NCBI GenBank assembly: GCA_048772705.1
Contig: JBLWGC010000092.1
Span: forward strand, 124,001 to 188,000
DNA: 64,000 nt
Source of the DNA: Leidyana gryllorum EB-2025a
Taxonomy: Eukaryota; Protista; Apicomplexa
Reading direction: 5' to 3'
In this document: positions 1-10,049 of the stretch, in pieces
Position numbering within the stretch: position 1 is the first letter of the stretch
Layout: every line of letters begins with the position of its first letter
The notes under the pieces: model-generated
Databases searched by the model: none
What the model was told of the DNA's origin: nothing
What the model saw: only the letters and a program-made list of their open reading frames with translations
Position numbers and translations under genes: made by a program

Positions 1-1374
1 CCGTCGTCTCCTGGAGCAGAACGGGCGGCAAATGCCGTTCGGTGCGGCGTGTGTGGGCACATCATTCCGTAATGAGATTGCCCCAAGGAATGGTCTGTTG
101 CGTGTGAGAGAATTCCCGATGGCCGAGATTGAGTATTTCTGCGATCCAACCAAGAAGGCAAAGTTTCCCAAGTATGAAAGTATCAAGGACGTGCGGGCGC
201 CCTTTTATCCGAGGGATCGTCAGATGAAGAACTTGGGTCCAGTTTTCATGACTGTAGGGGAGGCAGTGGATAGCGGAGTGATCGATAATGAGACTTTGGC
301 TTACTTTATCGGGCGAGCATACTTATTCCTGACTGCCATCGGTATCAATCCGAGCGGTTTGCGATTCCGTCAGCACCTCGACACGGAGATGGCTCACTAC
401 GCATCGGATTGTTGGGACGCTGAGATATTGACGAGTTACAAGTGGGTTGAGTGCGTGGGTATAGCAGATAGATCCGCCTACGACCTGACTCAACACACAC
501 GAGCGACGAAAGTGGACCTGCAAGCCCCGCGACCCTTGGCAGAGCCGAGGATCGAAGATCGTTTGGTGGCGAAGCCGAATCGGAAGGCTATGGGTCCAAC
601 TTTCAAGAAAGATTTGCAGGAAGTATTGAATATCATCGACACGTTGTCAATGGAGGAAATGCAGAAAGCGGAGGCAGAGGTAAGTAACTACATTCTTCTC
701 TGAATTGGCAAATGATTGCTGGATTTCAGCTCGCCGCTGAGGGCAAGTGTGTTTTGGGCAAGGACGAGAGACAATTCGTATTGACCAAAGATCTCCTTGC
801 ATTTGAATGGATCAAAGTCAAAGGTGCGTTTCGTCACCTTTTGGCTCACTTTCATTGTGTATCTGCAGTCACTGAGGAGCTTTATACTCCGAATGTTATC
901 GAGCCTTCGTTCGGCATTGGTCGTATAATATACGCCGTTCTTGAACACGCGTTCCGACGTCGGGGCATCGAAGATCAAGAAGATCGCAACTATCTGGCGC
1001 TTTCACCGCTGATAGCCCCCTACAAGTGTTCAATTCTTCCGATCTCAAACCAGCCACAATTCGAGCCCATTATCAGGAGTCTTCAAGAACATCTCCGGAA
1101 AAAGGATTTGAGCTGCAAACTGGACTCAAGCACAGCAAGCATCGGGAAACGATATGCCAGAACCGACGAAATCGGTATTCCTTTCGGCATCACGGTTGAT
1201 TTCCAAACTGTCGAGGATCATACAGTCACTCTGCGTGAGATTGTCAGCATGACGCAAGTGCGTCTACCGCTCGCTGATGTTCCCGAGGTTCTGAGGAAGC
1301 TGGTGCGAGTCGAAGAGACATGGGACAATGTAAAAAAGCGCTATCCAGCATTCACTCAGCAACAAGTTAACTGA
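1..1374 (+). CDS. GARS: Glycyl-tRNA synthetase (eukaryotic alpha2 type), 5' truncated by window edge; introns 680-729 and 824-868
   Basis: Motifs FRNEIAPRNGLLRVREF, EMAHYASDCWDAE, VIEPSFGIGRI, SIGKRYARTDEIGIPF; GTAAGT..TTTCAG intron joins the two ORFs in frame. Confidence 0.97.
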
Positions 1375-2398
1375 GTATGAGTTCCTCCAAGTACGGCACA
1401 GCTTCACGGACGAGATCGTCGATGGATGGCAGTTTTCGCTCCCCTTCTTCATCAATAATGAGTGGCTCTCGACTGACTGAATGAACGATGAATCAAATAA
1501 TAATATCCCTCGATGAATTAATGATTCAGTGTGTGTGAAGGGGGGGGGTGTGTGTGGCAGTGTAAAAGAGTGTGTGTGGCAGTGTAAAAGAGTGTGTGTG
1601 GCAGTGTAAAAGAGTGTGTGTGGCAGTGTAAAAGATGTGTGTGAGTGAGTGAAAGGGAGGAACGTACGAGCGACATATTTCCTTTTCAATTCGGAGAGGG
1701 CATTTATCTTCTGCTTAGACAACGGCTGGGGGTTGGCAGCAATGATGTTTCCAATTGCTTTGCGCAGGGCAAATTCTATCTGCTGCTGACGCTGTGAAGC
1801 ACCTTGCGGCGCGGGCCTCGGCGAAGGCCACTTATATAGGGGAAGAGCCTGGATTTTAGGCCAGATTTCAGCAACTACCATAGCTGCATGGTTATTCGCC
1901 ACCTCGAATACTCTGCCCCGCTCAAATGGACGTAGCGTTTCCGAGCGAGCGAGATTTTGAGCTAGCAACAACGCCTGTCGACGGATGACTATGGGCGGTA
2001 TAGGGCAGACTCGGTCACGTTGACGGCTAATACACATCTCGAGTTCCGAGTTGACAAAGAGCACAGCGTATATGGCATTATCTGATCGGTGCGTGTGTGT
2101 GTTGATTGTTTGGACTGGTCCACCTACGTGTGGAAGCAACGCGAGCGTAAATGTTGCGATGAACGCGGTGCTGGAAGTTGTCTTCGACGAAGACAACGTT
2201 GTGGGTTAGCAGAAGGTGCGGAAGGCGTTCCTGCGCCTTGAGGTGGGCGGCATGGTACGCGTCAGGCGAGAATTGGCCGAGTGGGAGGAAGGAGTCAATG
2301 GCAAGGGAACAGGACGACGGAATATGGCAGATGAGCTGGCGAGTTAGAGTCGTTTTGCCCGAACCGGCCAATCCAGCAACCAGTACCACGAATCCCAT
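1367..2398 (-). CDS. PSTK: O-phosphoseryl-tRNA(Sec) kinase-like P-loop kinase; introns 2127-2082 and 1667-1477
   Basis: Walker A GLAGSGKTT; VEDNFQHRVHRNIYARVA resembles PSTK LDDNFYYxSMRYExYQLA; LFVNSELEMCISRQRDR; C-terminal IEFALRKAIG..LSELKRK; the spliced last exon reads LSREPLIIDEEG..EELILS*. Confidence 0.75.
1548..1635. repeat. Minisatellite, 4 perfect copies of 22-nt GTGTGTGTGGCAGTGTAAAAGA, inside predicted PSTK intron 2
   Basis: Read directly from sequence. Confidence 0.95.
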
Positions 2399-2773
2399 TT
2401 ATGTATCAAATTTTGTGGCACTAACTATCATCGATCGCTCGCTCGCTCGCTCTGAAAGAGTAGAGTGTATGTGTTCGACATAGTCTCAGACTCGCCTTTT
2501 TGTCTCATGTTGTCAGGGCCCAGTGGCGCACCTGAGGAGTGGATTTGAATGACACAGCGGGCGCCTCGGTGGGAGTGTGAGGAAGGCAGCAGTTCATATC
2601 AAAAACAATCATCAGGCGGGGGCGCGCTGAGCTCCTGTCGAACAGGACCTCACCGACCTGCACCGAACAAGCGGTGAGGTAGTCATCATTGACTATTGCA
2701 AATATTCATCATGCTCATAAATCAATTGGCAGAGACACTCATATCGAAAAAGAAATGGAGAGACGAAAAAAGC

Positions 2774-4330
2774 TCAGCCTGCGACAGCCGAAATCTCCTT
2801 GGGATCAAGACCCTGCAAGACGTCCGTCTCCATGACACTTGGTCCGTTCGCACTTTGTAGACTGGTTCCGCCAGAAGGTCTCATGTTGGGTTTTGACCCG
2901 GCAGCAGGTGCTCCCTGAGCAGCTGCTGCAGTTGTTTTGGTACTTGTTGTGTTGTCAGCGTCCGCCACTCCCTGTATGTCAGGTGAGGGTGGCGGTGCAG
3001 AGCCCGAGTCGGGCTCAGCTGTGCTCTTAGAATCAGAAGGGGGGCTCGGTGTGGTTGTCGGCGGAGCGGGAGCGGGCGATGCAGGGCTGGGATCTGCACC
3101 CGCTCGCGTCTCGTCGTCTTCCGACAAGTCCCCCTCGACGAGTTTCCCGTTGTATTTCTCCAAAAGCAGTTTCATCGCCGCTTTCATATCCGCATCTTTC
3201 TTTCCCAGTGGCACTCTGATCAATGCTGATTTGTCAACAGGAGGAGGGGGTGGAGGGGGTGGACCTCCGCCTCCTCCCGCCGATTGAAGTCCTCCATTCC
3301 ATTTCCACTCGCCGTATGGACCCCTCTGTTGTTGTTGTTGTGAGGGCCAATTAAGATTCCCGCTCATAGAGTATTGTCCGTTTGCGCCGGATCCGGGGCC
3401 CTGCACTCCAGGACCCCAATTAACGCTTCCACCTCCTCGCCATGGCCCTCCTTGCCATACCGCTCCTCCCGGACCCGGCCACTGCCCGTTCACTCCCACG
3501 CCTGCAAGTCCGGGTCCGGCTCCGCCTCCCACGCCTGCAAGCCCGGTTCCGACGCCGCTGCCGCCGTTCAACGTCCAACTGCCCTGACCGGGTCCACCAC
3601 TCATCGAATCTCCACTTCCGCCCCGTCCTGCCCATTGAGCGGCACCTCCAATACCAACACCTTGCGATGGAGTACCGTGCGATCCTTCCCAGGGATCAGT
3701 GGCTGATGCCAGACCCACGGAATGGGACAATCCTGGTGCCTGCATAACACCTGATACCGACGAAGTCATTCTCGTGTTGGACGTCTGCGAAGTGGGCTTC
3801 ACAGACTGGATGGACGGAGGCGTCGGCTCTCCCTTGACGAGCACCGACGGCCTTCCGTCCGGACGAGGGACTCCTGCCGTCGCACGGGCAAGCCGCTCTG
3901 CGAATCTAATATGTGACGGGTCCAAGTCGGCCGACCAGCGAACCGAAGGGGCACTAAGGATGGCCGGCGTCCGGCCTTTCACTCCGACGGAACCGCTTCC
4001 GCCCCCGCTCACCGATGCCGACAGCACCGACGGACCCCCGCCGACACCTCCTCCTACTCCTCCTCCTCCTCCGGATACAGACATCACCGAAGGACCCGAC
4101 ATGCCGCTGTGACCGAACGATGAGAGAAATTGCAGCAAAGGATGTTGAGCCGAACCAGATGCCGAGGCAACTTGAGGACCCGAACTTGCTGCGCCGAGCG
4201 ACTGCTTGGCCGCTGTCGATAACGCATCGATCCAGCTTGTGAGCAGAGTCGTGAATGCTTCATGTTTTCGTCGCCATATGTCGTCCGTCGCCAACACCAA
4301 TGGGAACAGTAATAAGTACAGCACGCGCAT
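2774..4330 (-). CDS. Intronless Gly/Ser/Pro-rich low-complexity protein with predicted signal peptide
   Basis: Long ORF; first ATG gives MRVLYLLLFPLVLA; Gly-Trp rich segment and poly-Pro run. Confidence 0.75.
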   Translation of the reverse strand: MRVLYLLLFPLVLATDDIWRRKHEAFTTLLTSWIDALSTAAKQSLGAASSGPQVASASGSAQHPLLQFLSSFGHSGMSGPSVMSVSGGGGGVGGGVGGGPSVLSASVSGGGSGSVGVKGRTPAILSAPSVRWSADLDPSHIRFAERLARATAGVPRPDGRPSVLVKGEPTPPSIQSVKPTSQTSNTRMTSSVSGVMQAPGLSHSVGLASATDPWEGSHGTPSQGVGIGGAAQWAGRGGSGDSMSGGPGQGSWTLNGGSGVGTGLAGVGGGAGPGLAGVGVNGQWPGPGGAVWQGGPWRGGGSVNWGPGVQGPGSGANGQYSMSGNLNWPSQQQQQRGPYGEWKWNGGLQSAGGGGGPPPPPPPPVDKSALIRVPLGKKDADMKAAMKLLLEKYNGKLVEGDLSEDDETRAGADPSPASPAPAPPTTTPSPPSDSKSTAEPDSGSAPPPSPDIQGVADADNTTSTKTTAAAAQGAPAAGSKPNMRPSGGTSLQSANGPSVMETDVLQGLDPKEISAVAG

Positions 4331-4842
4331 CACGTCAAGCCAGGCAGCTGGTGGTTGGTGTGGGACCAGAGGGAAAAGGGCAAGCACTTTGGCCAAGGAA
4401 AGGTTCGTTTCTCAAAGAATTAAGGTAATGCTCAGTATCACACGACTTGGACACCCATACCTAACGGAAGGCGCGGGCCAGATTAGGCCTCAAACCAGCC
4501 TTGAATCTCGGCCGCGTAACAGGTGCCGTAATCGATGAAAACGAGCGGACCGGTGGCCGTCCCAAGTGAGAGGCCGGACGACCCTCTGCACGCCTCTTTG
4601 ACTTAATGTACCTCAACACTCACCGGATTTGCTCTTCTTAGCCATTACGAAGAGCAGTGCGCCAAAGAATGGAAAGTTTGTCATATCAAGCTCGAACGTA
4701 GATTGTGTGTGTATAGCTTGTCAACGTCCCGTCCGGGACCCCTTCGCAGCCATACTGGGAATCAATTCCACTAGATCTGCCCCTTACACTTCACACTCTC
4801 CACTCATGCCATACCAAACGAAAAAATACCCCAAACCACATA

Positions 4843-5361
4843 ATGCTCTCCCTACCGAGATCGCCACCCAAGTTTCGCCACTACTCCTCAGAGGGAGGAT
4901 CCATCCCCCAACGCCCTGCCGGTGGCTACAGAGGCCCTCCGGAGGACCTCCTGGAAGTGGAACAACCCGAACCACTCATCCAAGATCGGGTGGCATCCGT
5001 TGAGAATCTTACCGCCCAAACACCACCCGACTCGGGCCGCCCCGCACCACCCGCTGCCCACCCTCCTCTCGACGATGACAAATCTGTCGATCGTCAAACC
5101 GTGTATCACAAAGAGGATGAGCCCATGCCTCGTGGTGACAAACCGCAAGGTATTGTTGAGAATTTGTTGTTCGCTTGTTGCGGTAAGTCACTTGCCCCCC
5201 CCGCTTTCCTCACCCAATCTCCGCTCTCCTGAACTCGGCAAATTGGTGGAATCCGACACACACCGTGTGCGAAAACCCCCAACGCGCGCATTGATCACAA
5301 GACTGCAAACTGAGGGCAAATCCGCCTGTTGAACGCTCCCCTTGGCCGCGCCCGACGATGA
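4843..5361 (+). CDS. Small hypothetical protein (Pro-rich, Cys-Cys near C-terminus); probable intron from 5183, 3' end uncertain
   Basis: ATG ORF with GTAAGT donor after ..LFACC; acceptor choice is a guess. Confidence 0.4.
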
Positions 5362-5370
5362 TCCTTCTCA

Positions 5371-6748
5371 ATGCCCACCCCCCGACGACTGTCTTTGGCG
5401 ACTTCTTGCCACAGCGGCTCGCGTAACCTGGTAATGATTGTGTTTGTTCGTGTAGGAGTCCGACCTGCTTTGTCGGTATTGGTGGCAATGGATTCGTTCA
5501 AGGGCAGTTTGACCAGTCGTGAAGCCGCAACAGTCGTCGAGTCCGCTCTGCACGCTTCGCGGATCAGCCGAGTATATACATTGCCTCTTTCTGACGGAGG
5601 CGAAGGATATTTGGACGCATTCAAGGCCATCTACAGTGATACTTTTCAGATCCTGCGCGTTGGAGGTGTTCAGGGACCCATGGGAGAGGTTCTCACGCAT
5701 GAACAGCCTGTAATGTACGACTTCACAAACAATCTTGCAGCCGTGGAGTCTGCTCATGCGTGTGGGTTCACGTTGGTGGAGCCTTCCAAGCTGGACCCCT
5801 ACAAGGGGAGCAGCTATGGAGTCGGTCAAATGATTATGCAAGCGGTCCAGGCTGGCGCTCGCACAGTGTATGTGGGCGTGGGCGGTACTGCGACAGTGGA
5901 TGGGGGCGCCGGTATGGCGCTTGCCATGGGGTTCCGATTAATAGACGATGCGGGTAATGAATTACTGGCCAATGAAGGAAATCTGATGCCTCGGGTGGCT
6001 GAGGTCAGAGCTGAATACGTGGATCCCCTCGTTAAGGACGTGAGATTCATTGTGGGATCAGACGTCCAGAATGCATTGCTTGGCCCTGAGGGTGCTGTGG
6101 CTATTTACGGGCCCCAGAAGGGAGTCAAAGAAAGTGACATTCCTCAACTCGATCACCAAATGCAGGTGAGATTACCGGATCATCAGGTGATCACGGCTGG
6201 GACTTTTTCTATCTGCAGAAATACGCGGCATTGCTTGAGAAAGTTGATGGCAAAACAGGACTTTCCCGTCTTCCGGGATCAGGTGCGGGAGGCGGAATCG
6301 CCTTCGCGCTCGCTGCCCTGCTGAATGCCGAGATAGTCAGCGGTTTTTCGACGATCGCAGATCGGGCTGAACTATCTAATAGAGTCAAGAAGGCTGACCT
6401 TGTTATTACTGGAGAGGGCACCTTCGATGCCTCGAGTTTGTACGGGAAGTTGCCTATTGAAGTTGGACGCTTGTGCAAGGCAGCGGGAACAAAGTGTTTC
6501 CTATACACAGGCAGAAGTAGCCAAGGTGAGTGTGCGGGCGCAAAGCAGACCTTTAGCACAACCCGCTGTTACTCGCAGATGTACTGGAGAGGCCCGAAGA
6601 TGGTATCTCTTGTATAATTCCTCTGGTTGACAGTCGAGCAAGTCCAGAGGAGGTGGAGAAAGCAAAGAAGAATGCCAAGGAATTGTTATATAATTCGGTC
6701 ATCAGGAGTCTGAAACTGCTCCGATTGGGGCAAGAAGTGAAGATTTAG
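5371..6748 (+). CDS. glxK: Glycerate kinase, bacterial GlxK/GarK family; introns 6166-6218 and 6526-6578; exact start uncertain
   Basis: Motifs DSFKGSL, PLSDGGEG, GVGGTATVDGGAG, LLGPEGAVAIYGPQKG, GSGAGGG, DLVITGEGTFDASSLYGK. Confidence 0.92.
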
Positions 6749-6957
6749 ACCGCATTCGCAGGCAATTCGAAGATCTTTTGGTCAGATCTCTGCCTTCAGT
6801 GCTCTTGGAGCTTGAACGAACGCTCTTTTCTACACCCTGGCTGGCGGACAGACGGGCAAAAATCTATCACTAGCTGTTGTCTTTGTGTTCCTGTGTATAT
6901 TTCAGAGTCTATGTTTCGCTATTTCATGGGGGGGGGAAGTTCCTCCCTCAAATTAGC

Positions 6958-7501
6958 ATGGCAGAGGTGCATCACGCGAGTGAAGAGGTAGGAGTCGTCA
7001 CAGAATGTGGCTGTCTAATTCTTCTCAAGCCGTCGAATGGCGGCCCAAGACTCGAAGACAGCGTCGTTGTAGGATCACTCAATTTGCACTCCGCTCACTC
7101 CGAAAGAACGGGTACAACTCAAAAGGATCCGTCACGCTCACTTCACGTAACACGCGTGTGCGTACACCCAAATCATGCAGCTTCAACTCAGAAGTGTGGC
7201 CATACTGGGCGATCAACAGGAAGTTCATTCAGCTTCCATCGCTGAGCGAATCTTGATGACCAATCAAAATCACCTGGTTCTTCTTACGAAGACACCCGAC
7301 GAGTCAGACCCTTTTGTAATGGCTCAATCAGTATCCCAGGATATCTGGCCGCCGCACCGATTAGATGGAACGAATGTGGCGGAATTCCGTGCCTGGAGAG
7401 TCATCGTAGTCGACAGCTGGCAGATGCTCTCATGCCATTGCTACATTGCGCTGGATGAGAATTTCCCGACAAAAAATATATCACAATCGTTGTGTCTTTA
7501 A
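6958..7501 (+). CDS. Hypothetical protein, probably with two short introns
   Basis: ORFs 6877-7245 and 7175-7501 can be joined by a GT-AG intron near 7147-7180; no recognisable motif. Confidence 0.3.
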
Positions 7502-7522
7502 TCAAAATTACCTATGTTCTCA

Positions 7523-8781
7523 TCACTTTTCTTTAGCTTGGAGACTAATGATGATGTTTGTGAATAATGCATTCGACTCAGCTAAGCGTTGCGCAACTTC
7601 TAACAGAGATCGATCAAAGCTCTCTATTCGTTGACCCAGTTCTTCCATCCGCTTCTCAGCAGCTTCTATGCGTTGCCTCAGTTCTGCAAAGACCAAATCA
7701 GTCAGTCAATCAGTCAGCATTTGTACACCCACCTGTTCTAGATGACGTTGTCGGAGCCAGATGCTGAACAGTGACCGCGGTCATTTCCTCAATCTGCCTG
7801 CAACCTTCTGCCATTGCACGCAACCGACCTTCGTTCTCCAACACATAAGTCTTCTTCGCTTCAGTATCAAGTAATCGCGACAAAACTCCAACCGTTCCCG
7901 CAGGGGCCTCCAACACTCCTTTCAGTGAACGTGCTGCAATGGCTAATGTATCGGAACACCACAATACAGATACTCACTCAGGCCTTCAAGGCGCTCGATC
8001 GTGCGATTAGGCAACTTGCGAATGTGTCGTCCCAACCAGATTAGCTGTTCCATTCTGTTCTTTTGCTGGCTCAAAGATGCCACCAGCGTATCCACCCAGT
8101 TGGGATCGAGCTCAGGTCGATTCTTCTTTATACGAGCTGCGATCTCGTGGTACTCTTTAGCTTCTCGGAGAGGCTCTCCAGGTTTGGGTACTGTAAGCAA
8201 ATCCTCGATATCAGGATTCTGCACGCTCGAACGATCCGGGAGCCAGAATGGGGTGAGGGCAGGTTTACTCGGATCCGGAAATACATATCGCTCCAACCGA
8301 TCCATCCTGTCCTTCAGATCGTCAACCATTTCGGCGCGAATGAAACCCTCCAGTTTGCTCAAATGGCCCGCAGGGGCACGTGCTTGGGGTGATGGCATCA
8401 ACGTAGACTCAATTGCATCCAGCCGCCCGAGCGCATTCCCCAACTTGTCGTAGCCTGATCCACTTCGATTCAGTTGCCCCCGTGCCGACGGCGGGGGGCC
8501 CACTCGTCGAGCTGTGATCGACGCTCTCTCTGTCGTCAAGATCCCACCTGCGAGTGGTCCTTCAACCCAAAAACTGCCTCTCTCTCACCCGGTTGACTCG
8601 GTATCCCGGCCATCTTGGGAGCTGCCTTCGCCGAGGCTGCAGCGGGTGACGGTGACACCGAAGACGACACATCTTCCGAAGATTGCTCCAATGAACTACT
8701 CGATACCTTCCCTCGAATGGGCCCGCGAGGCGTGCCCTGGATGTGTGGGCGTTCTGGACTACTGGATGAGCTACTTTTCAT
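7523..8781 (-). CDS. Coiled-coil protein, dynactin subunit 3 (p22/p24)-like; about 3 introns
   Basis: Spliced ORFs; LKDRMDRLERYVF and DTEAKKTYVLENEGRLRAMAEGCRQIEEM resemble DCTN3 segments; final coiled-coil exon ends ..QAKEK*. Confidence 0.5.
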
Positions 8782-8817
8782 TTCCGCCCCGCCAGCAAAA
8801 ATTGCTGACTTGTACCG

Positions 8818-9949
8818 ATGCGGAGTGTCCTCTCCTGGGTATTGACCCTGGTCATACTCGCCGCGGTATCCATCATCGTATACCAGGTGGTCGCGGACCT
8901 CAAGACAGCTAAGGCACCTCCACCACCGCCGCAAGTCATTATCAAACAAAATCCCACCCCGCCCTCCGGCATATCCAAAACTGCGAAGAAGAATGCACGC
9001 AGGAAGGCTAAGGAGCAAGCGCAGGCTCAGAAGGAAGGCACTGCCACCGATCTCCAAGCTGGCACTAAAGGGATTACTGATGCCCAACGCAAGGCGTCAG
9101 TAGTTAGCTCCATAGACGTCGAGTCCACCCAAGAAGCTCAGGTGCAACGCCCCGAACTCACCAAGTCTCAGTTGCAGAAGGTTAAGGAAAACAATAGAAG
9201 ACTTCTTGACTCCTATCGAGCTCACCTCTCTGATCTGCAGGAGCTTCGCGAGGAAAAGAACCGCAAAACCCTCTCGGGCAATCGATTCGCCACCACAAAG
9301 GATGTTGTAGACGAAGAGGATCTCGAAGGATACCTGTCCGATGATGAAGTAGCTCGAATTCACGTACAGGATCTGGCTGATGTCTTAAAAGCTAAGATTC
9401 AGGAAGTCACACATGCTATCAGGCTGGAACGCGAAGGCTCAGGCTCCAAAGCGCCAAAACTGCCCAAAGCCTCGGCCGACGTGACTCCGGCATCTTCGAA
9501 TCAACCCAAGAAGACCAGGAGGGGAGGGAACAAACCGGCTTCTCCACAACAAGAGGCCAGCATAGAACAAGGATGGCAAATGGTACGATTGTTTCAGCGA
9601 GTCTCCGACGACATGTGCCTTCAGGTCCCCAACACCAAGAAAGCTCCGAAGCATAACCCTAGTACAACCTACTTTGCTAGTGCGAAGGTCGATCCTGATC
9701 AATTCGAATAGTAAGTTATCTATCTATTCAATCAAAATATCGTTCGTCGTTAGTGCCCCCACTGCGTCTACTCTTGCCGCCCAGGAAGCATCGAGATCTC
9801 ATGCATTGCCAGTGGGACTGACTCCCGAAGACGCTTATTTGTGGAAGGACGATTCAACATCAGCAATCAAGACTGGAAGTGGTGCGAAAAAGTCGAACAG
9901 GAGGAGGGCGAAGAAGCCTCAGCAATATATCCCGGGCTTGAGCGTTTGA
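8818..9949 (+). CDS. Hypothetical protein with N-terminal signal anchor and basic coiled-coil region; about 2 introns
   Basis: MRSVLSWVLTLVILAAVSIIVY hydrophobic start; 297-aa ORF plus downstream exon. Confidence 0.7.
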
Positions 9950-10049
9950 TCATAATAACGATAGAAGATGTTCTTATCCTGAATTGCGCCTGTCTAGTGT
10001 CGATGGTCAAGTCAAACTAACCTTAGTCTTAAATAAATGGGTCACCGCA

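Noticed and set aside
1548-1635. Possible CRISPR-like repeat array
   Set aside because: Head-to-tail repeats with no spacers, eukaryotic context, no cas genes
1264-2196. 310-aa minus ORF with a His/Thr-rich repeat
   Set aside because: Composite of PSTK exon 2, a minisatellite-containing intron and antisense GARS; splicing gives a more plausible protein
2516-2590. GGGCCCAGTGGCGCA resembling a tRNA 5' end
   Set aside because: No T-loop GTTCRA or complementary acceptor stem follows
2937-4112. Several plus-strand ORFs over the Gly-rich gene
   Set aside because: GC-rich antisense shadows without motifs
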